Origin: a virus
Taxonomy: Duplodnaviria; Caudoviricetes
Virus record (IMG/VR): IMGVR_UViG_3300021592_000001
Span: 32,001 to 96,000 of that record
Direction: 5' to 3' (one strand)
Length of the DNA: 64,000 nucleotides
Part shown: one piece after another, positions 19,029 to 27,556 of the stretch
Position numbering within the stretch: the stretch's first letter is position 1
How the letters are laid out: each line of letters starts with the position of its first letter
Translations under genes and position numbers: made by a program
The notes under the pieces: generated by a model
Database searches by the model: none
Seen by the model: only the letters and a program-made list of their open reading frames with translations
What the model was told of the DNA's origin: nothing

Positions 19029-19448
19029 TCAGCCTGACTGATCGAATTCCCAAACTTTCTCTTCATTAAATGCAACGAGAGGCTTGAAGTTCGCAATTTG
19101 AGATCCCTTCCAAATGTCGTCGCCATATCCTAAAGCACCGTTATCAAGTACCCACGGATCATCCTCGTTTTCGTACCAACAACAGACCATGTGCATGGAC
19201 GAAAAGCGCCCAGTTGCATCCATAACCATCCCAATAACAAGAGCTAACTCTTCAAGAGGGAATCCCACTTCTTTAAGAAGTCCGTATTTTGCTATAGCTT
19301 GGCCGTCACAGTCTTCTCTTCTAATCTCCTTCATTTCTCTGGTTGTAGGCCAGTAATCTATCTTTCCCCAGACCTCCTTATCCGAAGCGTACTGGATATT
19401 CCTATTTACCCAATTGTTGATTCCACGTAATATTTTGTGTTTGTCCAT
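19029..19448 (-). CDS. transglutaminase-like cysteine peptidase (C93/BTLCP, LapG-like)
   Basis: Y.SD...WG..DYW, EDCDG.AIAKY..L, H.V and WVLDN give a Cys-His-Asp triad. Confidence 0.85.
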   Translation of the reverse strand: MDKHKILRGINNWVNRNIQYASDKEVWGKIDYWPTTREMKEIRREDCDGQAIAKYGLLKEVGFPLEELALVIGMVMDATGRFSSMHMVCCWYENEDDPWVLDNGALGYGDDIWKGSQIANFKPLVAFNEEKVWEFDQSG

Positions 19449-19481
19449 TTCCTTTAATTATCTCCTTTGTACAGCATAGAA

Positions 19482-19643
19482 TTACTGATCCTGCGTGCTC
19501 CTCTCTCTTTGTTGCCAGTCCTTTATCTGTTCTTTGTATAGAACAGGATGCTTTGATTCTTTCCTTTCCCAAGAATAGGGAGAGGAAGAGCATCCTGCTA
19601 ATACTAAGAAAGTTAGTGGCCATATCATTAATTTCTTTTTCAT
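19482..19643 (-). CDS. 53-aa lipoprotein (not in the ORF track), in frame with the downstream C93 peptidase
   Basis: MKKKLMIWPLTFLVLAG-CSSSPYSW...QDQ*; LAGC lipobox; GAGG upstream. Confidence 0.7.
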   Translation of the reverse strand: MKKKLMIWPLTFLVLAGCSSSPYSWERKESKHPVLYKEQIKDWQQRERSTQDQ

Positions 19644-19652
19644 GCATTCCTC

Positions 19653-19838
19653 TCAATTTTGTAATAATAATAAGAGGTCTATCTTGCCGTCTGTATCTGC
19701 TATCAGTTCAATATTTACTATTTCTCTGTCTTCTCTCCATATTCTGTCGTAGGCATCTTTAATCGTCTGACAGACGATGTAGATATTCCCACGGTCTCCT
19801 GAAATCCCTTCTTGTACAGTTACTCTAAATAACTTCAT
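19653..19838 (-). CDS. hypothetical protein
   Basis: AGGAGG RBS; 61 aa. Confidence 0.55.
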   Translation of the reverse strand: MKLFRVTVQEGISGDRGNIYIVCQTIKDAYDRIWREDREIVNIELIADTDGKIDLLLLLQN

Positions 19839-19960
19839 AGTTAAATACCCTCCTTTGAGGCTCTCGCTAGGAAACCCGACCTTTCCTGGCGAGGATTGTT
19901 AATAAGATATTCTGTCAGGTTAGGTCTGACAGCGGCTTTACCAATTGGAGAGGGTCGGAT

Positions 19961-21418
19961 TTATACCGAAAGGTCTATGCCCTCTTCAATCCATCGGTAT
20001 TCGTAATCCGACGGTTGGTAAGAATAAACAATGTTACCGTCTTTCACGTATTCTGGCTTCAACTTGCCATCAAAGTATTTATACGGATATTGAGTATTCC
20101 ATTTATTGAGTAAATAGTCTTTTAATGTATATCCTCTTCTCAGAGCAGATTTCTCTCCTATAATAGCAGGCATGTTATTAGTCAGTATAGAATCGTCCAA
20201 GAAAGTCAGATATTTGTTCTCCTTTGTAATTTCTGGCGAAAATACGTCCTCGAATTCTATCCTTGCGTCTTCGCCTCTCCAAAACTTCTTCCTCAATTCA
20301 ATAATAGCGTTGGTCATTTGGTATTTAGACCAGTTAAATAAATTTTGGTTAATTTTTATCCCAAGCCGTTCTGCAGTTTCCCTGTCAGGGAGTCCACAAC
20401 AGGACCCGACCATACCTAGTTCCTTAAAATCTGGATCACTGCAAGCAAATATCATATCATGTTCCAAACAGTACTCATAAACCTTCCTTATATATCTCTC
20501 TTTCACTAGTCTATTTAGTCTCTTGTATGTCCCCCTGTGTGATGGGGACAGTTTATCATAGTAGTCGTATAGATCGTCTATACCAGCATGGTGCTTCATA
20601 GCTTCTGCTAACTTATCTTGCCACGTATCTTTGTTCCTTCTGTCTTTAAAGTTTAAAGCATAGAACTCTATGCTGACTGCCCTTGCTCCTGCCTTCCTTG
20701 CCATAGAGAGAAGTTTCATATAGGAATCATTTTTATCAGATATTCCTATAATGAACGGTCTGAACCTTAGAACACAATAGTATCCTAAGTTAGAGAGCTT
20801 TTCCATCGCCTTAATTCTGTCTTTTGGCGAAGGAACTCCCCTCTCAATCTCTTTTGCAATGTTTTCATCGCTAGTTATCATACTAAACTGAAATGCAAAA
20901 TTGCCTTGCTTAGAAGCCTCCTTAAAAATTTTCATGCATCTGTCAAATTTTCTTATATCCCCTTTTGTTGAAAAGAATACAGGATAATCTTCTTCTGCAG
21001 CGAGTTCTATAATTTCAGCGCCAACATTGTGCTTCTTTTCTAAATAGCAAAATGGATCAGCTAAACCTCCCCAATGTAATACGAATTTGTTCTTGAAGAA
21101 AGACTTCTTAAGTGGTTTGAATACTTTCCACAATACTGTACTACTTTCTTTCTGTTTTATGTGTGTTCCCTTTCTGAAGAGGGGATACAAAGTATGGACA
21201 GCGACCGATCTAACTTTGAATTTGCCTCTACTATGGACAACAGGGTTCAGTTTTTTGAACACGTGTGCAAAGCAGTATAGACAATGATAGCTACACATAT
21301 TATACTGGTCAAAGGTCATAGGCAAACTGCAATCCAATACTTCGCTGGAAATTCTCGGGGAAGGGTAATAACTGCCTATTTTCTTAAGAGCTTTCTTAAT
21401 AGTTCTTTCAAACTTCAC
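19961..21418 (-). CDS. radical SAM protein (spore photoproduct lyase-like clade)
   Basis: CSYHCLYC (CxxxCxxC), GG.ADPF, STKG, E...PSP..R and RPFI.G motifs. Confidence 0.85.
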   Translation of the reverse strand: MKFERTIKKALKKIGSYYPSPRISSEVLDCSLPMTFDQYNMCSYHCLYCFAHVFKKLNPVVHSRGKFKVRSVAVHTLYPLFRKGTHIKQKESSTVLWKVFKPLKKSFFKNKFVLHWGGLADPFCYLEKKHNVGAEIIELAAEEDYPVFFSTKGDIRKFDRCMKIFKEASKQGNFAFQFSMITSDENIAKEIERGVPSPKDRIKAMEKLSNLGYYCVLRFRPFIIGISDKNDSYMKLLSMARKAGARAVSIEFYALNFKDRRNKDTWQDKLAEAMKHHAGIDDLYDYYDKLSPSHRGTYKRLNRLVKERYIRKVYEYCLEHDMIFACSDPDFKELGMVGSCCGLPDRETAERLGIKINQNLFNWSKYQMTNAIIELRKKFWRGEDARIEFEDVFSPEITKENKYLTFLDDSILTNNMPAIIGEKSALRRGYTLKDYLLNKWNTQYPYKYFDGKLKPEYVKDGNIVYSYQPSDYEYRWIEEGIDLSV

Positions 21419-21752
21419 CTTTCTGACTCCTCTTGATTTGCTTCATAGCGGCTTTTATCAGCCATTTATTATCGTCGACTACAACGAATCTATCAAGCCC
21501 TGATATTCTTGCAAATTTGCAAAAAAGGGAATAATCTTTGTCATTGGAAAATACCAGGGTCACAAGTCTCTTTGAGAGCATATTAACAGGCTCTTCAAAC
21601 GATACTGGTTCAAGTCTATCCGGCCTCATGTGTTTTAGTTCAAGATATCTTAGTTCTTTTGGATCTTTAGTTTTTTCCATCTTCTTCAGAAGCTTTCTCT
21701 GCTTCTGGAGTCTGGTTTCACGAGGATAGACCTCAAATATACGTCTTATCAT
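21408..21752 (-). CDS. hypothetical protein
   Basis: ORF overlapping the radical SAM start. Confidence 0.6.
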   Translation of the reverse strand: MIRRIFEVYPRETRLQKQRKLLKKMEKTKDPKELRYLELKHMRPDRLEPVSFEEPVNMLSKRLVTLVFSNDKDYSLFCKFARISGLDRFVVVDDNKWLIKAAMKQIKRSQKGEV

Positions 21753-21927
21753 GACTTCTCTTTCCCATCTTATTTAAGCATTTATAATACTTTGTTATCA
21801 TAGCACCAGTCATACATTGTTCCAGCGGAATTCCATTTATATCTTTTATTCCGCATTTCTTAAGAACAGATATGATATTTTTCCTAGTCATCTTTATAGG
21901 TTTAGTCATAATATGAATCTGAGTCAT
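21733..21927 (-). CDS. hypothetical protein
   Basis: Short ORF overlapping both neighbours. Confidence 0.45.
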   Translation of the reverse strand: MTQIHIMTKPIKMTRKNIISVLKKCGIKDINGIPLEQCMTGAMITKYYKCLNKMGKRSHDKTYI

Positions 21928-22240
21928 CGTGGTGTGTTGATACCTCTATGAATTTGCAGAGCTTTCCTACGGCTCTGAACCTATGTCGATTCATAGGCAT
22001 CACTCTAAAGGAAGCTCCTTCAACAATCTGATGATCCATCACCGAATCTCCGTTTTTAATCTGAAGCTGCAAAGTTCCCTCCAAGACGTAAAAAGTCTCG
22101 TCCTTCAGTTTATGATAATGGAATTTACCATTTGAAGACCAGCGATTTCCAACTACCATAAACTTACCGCAGTACTTTTCATTATTTTCAAAACATTCTT
22201 CATATCCCCAATTTTTCAATACTTTGCTATGTCGTCGCAT
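21902..22240 (-). CDS. cupin-domain protein (sugar isomerase-like)
   Basis: WG.E......YCGK, FHYHKLKDETFYV..G, HRF and EVST.H..SD motifs. Confidence 0.8.
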   Translation of the reverse strand: MRRHSKVLKNWGYEECFENNEKYCGKFMVVGNRWSSNGKFHYHKLKDETFYVLEGTLQLQIKNGDSVMDHQIVEGASFRVMPMNRHRFRAVGKLCKFIEVSTHHDDSDSYYD

Positions 22241-22250
22241 ACTCCCTCCC

Positions 22251-22925
22251 TCAAGGGTTTAATAGTTTACCTAGAGTTATTTCGGCGATCGCCCTGATTT
22301 CTTTCAGGGCAAAGTGAGTGTTGCTCAAATTGATTTCGACCATTTCTGCCGTATCCAATATAAATTCTAACTGCCTCTTTATTTCGTAGAGAGGTCTAAA
22401 TGTTCTCTGCATGAAAGCGTTCCTTGCTTCTTGATTACCTAGCATAGATATATGGTCTCTGTATTTGTCGTAGACATAAGAACGAGCCAGATTTTCTATA
22501 GATATCAACTCGTTTAGTATAGATTTTATGGATATTCTTATCTCAAGAGTTCTATCTCTATAGGCTTGAGTTTCTTCGAACAGAGAAGCCAACTTGGACA
22601 ACTCTCTCTTACTCCAATTAGCTATCGGGACACGTATATTTCTAGCTATTGATTTTGCCCTTACGGAGAATACCTTAAACGATTTGAGCTCATCCATCAC
22701 AGATTCGTCTACAAAGAACTGCTTCGAAGAAAGCTTCCTCTTAAGTTTATTTATGAAGGAATCGTCGTACAGTCTTGGCTTAAACTTAATGCAGGCTGGC
22801 GAAAAGTCGTTTATTTTGTAGATGTTTTTACAGCTATCTATATTCCTACAATCTCCGCACAATATATAGGGATTATGGTGAGCCTTTGGGGGCTTGGACT
22901 TCCTCTTTCTCTTTTTCTTTGCCAT
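22251..22925 (-). CDS. hypothetical protein (N-terminal Cys cluster, helical C-terminus)
   Basis: CGDC..C..C; AGGAGG RBS. Confidence 0.65.
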   Translation of the reverse strand: MAKKKRKRKSKPPKAHHNPYILCGDCRNIDSCKNIYKINDFSPACIKFKPRLYDDSFINKLKRKLSSKQFFVDESVMDELKSFKVFSVRAKSIARNIRVPIANWSKRELSKLASLFEETQAYRDRTLEIRISIKSILNELISIENLARSYVYDKYRDHISMLGNQEARNAFMQRTFRPLYEIKRQLEFILDTAEMVEINLSNTHFALKEIRAIAEITLGKLLNP

Positions 22926-23259
22926 CAGTCCTCCTATCTAGACATATTAAGACTTCATTGTTGTCATAAAGATAAATGCGTATATATTTGTCACGAAAAG
23001 CAATTTTATAGGGAGATATATCATTAGATACCTTCCCGCAATACAAATGAGCCTCTCCGTGAGCTATCACGGTGTCCTTGCATCTAAATGTGTATCCTAT
23101 TACGTAGTTGTTCGTCTTATGAATAAGGACAGACACGCATCCATAATTTTTCGGCTTAGCTGACGGAGCTTTGAGGCTATCTCTTATTTTATATACGAAC
23201 TCGCTGTCTGATATGCGCATCATTTTCCCTACGGGAACTTTGCTCCAGTCTATCTTCAT
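22873..23259 (-). CDS. hypothetical protein
   Basis: 128-aa ORF within the operon. Confidence 0.55.
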   Translation of the reverse strand: MKIDWSKVPVGKMMRISDSEFVYKIRDSLKAPSAKPKNYGCVSVLIHKTNNYVIGYTFRCKDTVIAHGEAHLYCGKVSNDISPYKIAFRDKYIRIYLYDNNEVLICLDRRTDGKEKEKEEVQAPKGSP

Positions 23260-23677
23260 TCTTTTTTATTCCTTTTTTAAGGAGTTTCAAAAATTCCTTT
23301 CGGTCTGATAACCATCCTCCGTACTTTTTAATTACTTTAAGAAATTCCTCTACGTCATGTTTTCTTATCTTCCATCTCTGATTACCTTTCGAGTCCACAG
23401 AAGCTTGAATGTGTAGCAATTCGTGCAATAGCAGAGCTTTCTTCTGTTTTTTATTTGACTTGTTCCAAAAACCTTCCCACACTTCAATTATATAGTCATA
23501 CCCCGTCAAAAATTTGACTAAAGGAGAAGTTTTTTTGCATACCCCTAAATAAGGGGAACTTCCTGATTTGCGTATCAGAAATTTTATACGACATCCTTTA
23601 TTTGCATCTAAGCTCTTGTTTGACTTCAGTACTTTCTGGGCTAATCTATCAAGTTCTTTACTTTCAACGTATTTCAT
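23189..23677 (-). CDS. putative phage metallopeptidase
   Basis: HELLH zincin motif followed by HDVEEF..V...YG. Confidence 0.8.
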   Translation of the reverse strand: MKYVESKELDRLAQKVLKSNKSLDANKGCRIKFLIRKSGSSPYLGVCKKTSPLVKFLTGYDYIIEVWEGFWNKSNKKQKKALLLHELLHIQASVDSKGNQRWKIRKHDVEEFLKVIKKYGGWLSDRKEFLKLLKKGIKKNEDRLEQSSRRENDAHIRQRVRI

Positions 23678-23690
23678 TACCAGTTCCCTC

Positions 23691-24767
23691 CTACTGGACT
23701 AGCGGGAAAACATACGAAATATCTTGTTTTGTAGACCGTATTACTGCTACGTCTTTATAAACTTCAATTTTTGACGACACTTTGACAAGACTGAAGAGAT
23801 CTGAAGCAATTTTATTACTTATATTAAAAGAACAGTCTTTACCTTGCTTCTTATGTATCGGTACGGTATATGTAGCATTTGCAGTCCCAGTAACTGCTTT
23901 CATTTCAAGTTTGTTTTTCTTGGTAGAACATATAATTTTAATCTCGTCCAACTTAGACGATTTGACGAGACTAAACAGCGTCTCGCACGCTTTATGTAGT
24001 TTTGAGGCATCTGCAATAAACGAAACCTTTGCATTCTTCAGTTTAGAGATGAACTCCTCGGACGTACTAGGTTTTGTTACTTGTAAAGCAGGGTATTGGC
24101 AATCTATAGATTCTGTCACTACTCTCATCTGCTTTCCGTCTGTACCGAATTTCATTATTTCGGCTCCTGATATTATATTGGATATACGTCGCATAGATTC
24201 AAAATTGACGTTCACTTTGAACTTTTTAGCTGACGTTGTAGACTTAAACACACCGCCTCTGTAGCTATCGTTAGTAGACATTATAAATTCTCCGCTATTT
24301 GTGATACGGATACTCAAATTTTTACTGTCCTTCCCTGCAAGAATAGGGCTATAGTTTAAATAGGAGATCCCTTCGCACAGTAGCTTCGGGTCTATCTGAT
24401 ACTTCGCTGTTATTGCTTTCAGAGGTTTGTGCTTGGTAACTTTATTCTTGTCAATCAATTTCGAAAGTGTTCCCTTGAACGATCCACAAGCGAATGACAG
24501 AGATCTCCCTTCTAAAGAGAAATTTATAGTATCCTTAGGAAAATTAATTGCAGATATTGTGGAATATTCTATTGCAAACGTCTCGTTTTTAGAGCCTGTA
24601 ACTGGAATCTTCTGACTTATCCACGCATTCTTCTCGCCACAATTAATGGTGAGAACATTCTTCTTGGCATTGATCTCGAATAGTGCAGACACGTCAGAGT
24701 TACCGAATATAGTTTCTATCACTTTAGTTGCATACTTTAGGTCGTCCCTCTTGACTTTAAATTCCAT
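23691..24767 (-). CDS. dnaN: DNA polymerase sliding clamp (beta-like)
   Basis: 358 aa; MEF.V....L N-terminus, STNDSYR (cf. ATDGHR), C-terminal Y.FPL; lies in the replication operon that includes dnaX. Confidence 0.65.
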   Translation of the reverse strand: MEFKVKRDDLKYATKVIETIFGNSDVSALFEINAKKNVLTINCGEKNAWISQKIPVTGSKNETFAIEYSTISAINFPKDTINFSLEGRSLSFACGSFKGTLSKLIDKNKVTKHKPLKAITAKYQIDPKLLCEGISYLNYSPILAGKDSKNLSIRITNSGEFIMSTNDSYRGGVFKSTTSAKKFKVNVNFESMRRISNIISGAEIMKFGTDGKQMRVVTESIDCQYPALQVTKPSTSEEFISKLKNAKVSFIADASKLHKACETLFSLVKSSKLDEIKIICSTKKNKLEMKAVTGTANATYTVPIHKKQGKDCSFNISNKIASDLFSLVKVSSKIEVYKDVAVIRSTKQDISYVFPLVQ

Positions 24768-25611
24768 AACACTTCCTCCCTTTTTTAAGGTTTATCCAAA
24801 AATCGGAGCCGTATTTTTTAATACCATTATCTTTCATTATTTTGAGAAATATAGTTTTATCACCTCTAATATCTTCCTGTTTGACTTTTACTTTATTCTT
24901 CAATTTTACGATTTTGTAGAAAAATTTTATCTGCTCTCTATTATTTTGTATTATTTCCCTCAGATGACTGTCTCTTTTTGATATACTAAAAAAAGATTTC
25001 AACGTTTTGGAACTATTTATTACGTCTATTATCTTTTTCCTTGGTAATCTACAATTCAGCTTTGGTATGTTGTCAGACTTATCCCCAAAGATGGCCTTAT
25101 AAAGGCAGATTTTCTTTGGATTTCTTATGCCGTATTTGCTCTCTACGTAATCACGAGAGATAACATTTCCGCTAAGATCAGCTAGGAGCACTCTCTTTCC
25201 GAATAATTGCCACAGATCATGGTCTGAACTAATTACTATTGTGCAGTCATCTATTTTCTTTACATAAGAAGCTATTACAGAATCAGCTTCTTCGTGCCTG
25301 TTATATATTATCCTACAAGGTAGGGTTCTTATTATTTTCTCTATGTCTGGGACAGGGTTGAATCTGCCTCTGATTCTGTTAGCTTTGTATCCTGGGAATA
25401 CTTTATAAACATGCTTGGGATAGCCGTCTATTGCAAATACAAATACAAGAGCATCCCCCTTCTTCCCAAATTTATTATAGAAAGAGTTCAATTTAGATAC
25501 AAATCCGTAGATATGTGAAGTTTTCTTACCTTCGAAATTGGCAAATCGGTATCCTTTTGCATAATAACAGGCGTATGCTAAATTTGATGTATCGATAATT
25601 ATTTCAGTCAT
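24757..25611 (-). CDS. 5'-3' exonuclease / FEN-like (T4 RNase H type)
   Basis: IID.SN, YKANR, EAD..IA, SSD.DL.QL and GDKSDNIP motifs. Confidence 0.9.
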   Translation of the reverse strand: MTEIIIDTSNLAYACYYAKGYRFANFEGKKTSHIYGFVSKLNSFYNKFGKKGDALVFVFAIDGYPKHVYKVFPGYKANRIRGRFNPVPDIEKIIRTLPCRIIYNRHEEADSVIASYVKKIDDCTIVISSDHDLWQLFGKRVLLADLSGNVISRDYVESKYGIRNPKKICLYKAIFGDKSDNIPKLNCRLPRKKIIDVINSSKTLKSFFSISKRDSHLREIIQNNREQIKFFYKIVKLKNKVKVKQEDIRGDKTIFLKIMKDNGIKKYGSDFWINLKKGRKCYGI

Positions 25612-26972
25612 TAGTCCGGCTCTATCGGTATTAGTTCGTAATCTTCCCGCTCGGCTACTAATTCTTCAGTCGAACGGTATCTCCTACTTTTGGCTTTTGC
25701 CCTGACATCTCGCTTACCGTCTTTAGCTGTATAATCTCTTATTATCATTTTATCGAAATCTGCTACCAAAGTGAAAGGAAACACTTTTTGGTTTCTCGCT
25801 TTCTGTTGATTTACCGTGATAATATTATTTTCCCCCATAGGATTATAGTTCCAAGACCACATATTGTCACAATTTTCTTTAATCGCTCTAGAATATCTGA
25901 TCCTTTCCTCGTCATTCACCTGAGCAAGAATAACAACTACACTATTAGTGTCTTTTGCGAACAGCTTTCCATATCTTGTTGATTCAGCTAACGACTTCCA
26001 CTGCTCGTCCCTTTCTTGTTTTAATAATGAAGCATAGTCTATAACGAAGACATCATAGTTATAAGGTTTTAGGCGGAATAGTATGTCTCTTATGTATAGG
26101 TCTTCGCTAGGAGTATATATAGTGTACTTACAGTCATTGCGCTTCCCAAACTTTTGGAAACTATTCCAAGACGTAATTATTCTTTGTTTATCGGCTTTAG
26201 TTAGTTTGTTAAGACTTATATTAAGAGAATCTACTCCAGAAATATTTGACAATATTCGTGTAAGAACCTGTTCCCTATCCATTTCCAGAGAAACGAGCAC
26301 TACGCTGAACCCTGAAAGATACATATTTATAAGAAGTTGAATAGCCATAGCACTCTTACCGCCAGAAGTATTAGCTCCTATGACTACGAGGCTGGATCTT
26401 TTAAATCCACCGTTTATAGAGTCGAACTGCTTTATTCCAGTAGGTATGCAAGGAACTACTTCCCCTTCTATAATCTTCTTTACGACATCGTCCGCATTAT
26501 CCCTGTTTCCTATATGTAAGATGTCATCTTCAGAGCTTGCGGACTTTGCCTTCATCAAAGTATCTTCCCATAACCTTATTAAGGCATCTGGGTCTACGGC
26601 TTCCTTGGAAACTATGTCAGACGATTTAATAAGACTGTGCTTGATAGTTCTAAATTTTCTATAATTTTCGAGAATGTCTATGAGAGTCTTCGCATCTTTC
26701 TCAGTAGTAATTCTATATTTCTTCTTTTTAGAAGTTCTTAGCATCACCCTTGCGGACTCAGGCAGAACAGCGTCTTCCGCAAGTGTAGATACCTTCGGTA
26801 TAAGCTTACCTTTTGAGAGAAGATTCCTAATCCTTCTAAATACCTTACGAATATCTTCGTGTCCGAAATGGTCTTCCCTTAGGAATCCAAGGAGAATAGA
26901 CTTTGCAACTTCACTACCGTCACAGATAGTGATAATAGCCTTCAATTCGCTCTTAATAGATATGCTTCTCAT
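25611..26972 (-). CDS. dnaB: DnaB-like replicative helicase
   Basis: PTG...FD...GG, GANTSGGKS, SLEM, VIDY, LAQ and QKARN motifs. Confidence 0.9.
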   Translation of the reverse strand: MRSISIKSELKAIITICDGSEVAKSILLGFLREDHFGHEDIRKVFRRIRNLLSKGKLIPKVSTLAEDAVLPESARVMLRTSKKKKYRITTEKDAKTLIDILENYRKFRTIKHSLIKSSDIVSKEAVDPDALIRLWEDTLMKAKSASSEDDILHIGNRDNADDVVKKIIEGEVVPCIPTGIKQFDSINGGFKRSSLVVIGANTSGGKSAMAIQLLINMYLSGFSVVLVSLEMDREQVLTRILSNISGVDSLNISLNKLTKADKQRIITSWNSFQKFGKRNDCKYTIYTPSEDLYIRDILFRLKPYNYDVFVIDYASLLKQERDEQWKSLAESTRYGKLFAKDTNSVVVILAQVNDEERIRYSRAIKENCDNMWSWNYNPMGENNIITVNQQKARNQKVFPFTLVADFDKMIIRDYTAKDGKRDVRAKAKSRRYRSTEELVAEREDYELIPIEPD

Positions 26973-27556
26973 GACTCAGCGAAGTAGTTAATGGGATGTA
27001 ATATATAATCAACAGGATGTCTTAACATGTCTGAAAAGAATGAGTAAGCATCGATTCCTCCTATTATTAGAAAAAGCGTACTGGTGTCTAAGTATTTTGT
27101 TACAATGTCTCTAAGTTTCATAGTTCTGTCTACTGTAATATGGTCTGTAATATTATAAATGAATAGAGCCTTACAGGGTTCTGGAGAATATGTTTCCGAC
27201 AAATTTACCATCAATACATATTCTCCTCTCTTAATAGCTTTGCTAAATAAGGTAGAGGCTACCATCATAGCTAAAGCATCTGTCGGCTCTGAACTAATAC
27301 CTATTATCTTATTGTGTGGAATACCTTCTTTGCAGAAGAACTTGAACCATCTCTCTTGCACATCATCACTTATCGAGCTCACCTTTCCTTTCCTCGTTTT
27401 ATATATGATTCTACCAAATTTGAATGAAACTTCTTTGAAAGCTGAATATCTTAGTGGTAGTCCTCTCGACTTCGCAATCAGTTCTATGTTCTTACCACGA
27501 GAGCTTTTGAGTATTTTGCTCGATTTCGCCTTCTGTGATAAAGCCTTCTTGCTCAT
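26969..27556 (-). CDS. hypothetical protein, possibly a degenerate helicase loader
   Basis: alpha/beta pattern, directly upstream of dnaB; no intact Walker A. Confidence 0.5.
   Translation of the reverse strand: MSKKALSQKAKSSKILKSSRGKNIELIAKSRGLPLRYSAFKEVSFKFGRIIYKTRKGKVSSISDDVQERWFKFFCKEGIPHNKIIGISSEPTDALAMMVASTLFSKAIKRGEYVLMVNLSETYSPEPCKALFIYNITDHITVDRTMKLRDIVTKYLDTSTLFLIIGGIDAYSFFSDMLRHPVDYILHPINYFAES

Noticed and set aside
19402-19656. 84-aa ORF given in the ORF track
   Set aside because: An overlapping frame (19643-19482) has an RBS and a clear lipoprotein signal and is the better gene.
19863-19958. Assignment as a c-di-GMP or ZTP riboswitch, or a hammerhead/pistol ribozyme
   Set aside because: Only fragmentary resemblance; the core consensus nucleotides could not be matched by eye, so it is left as an unclassified structure.
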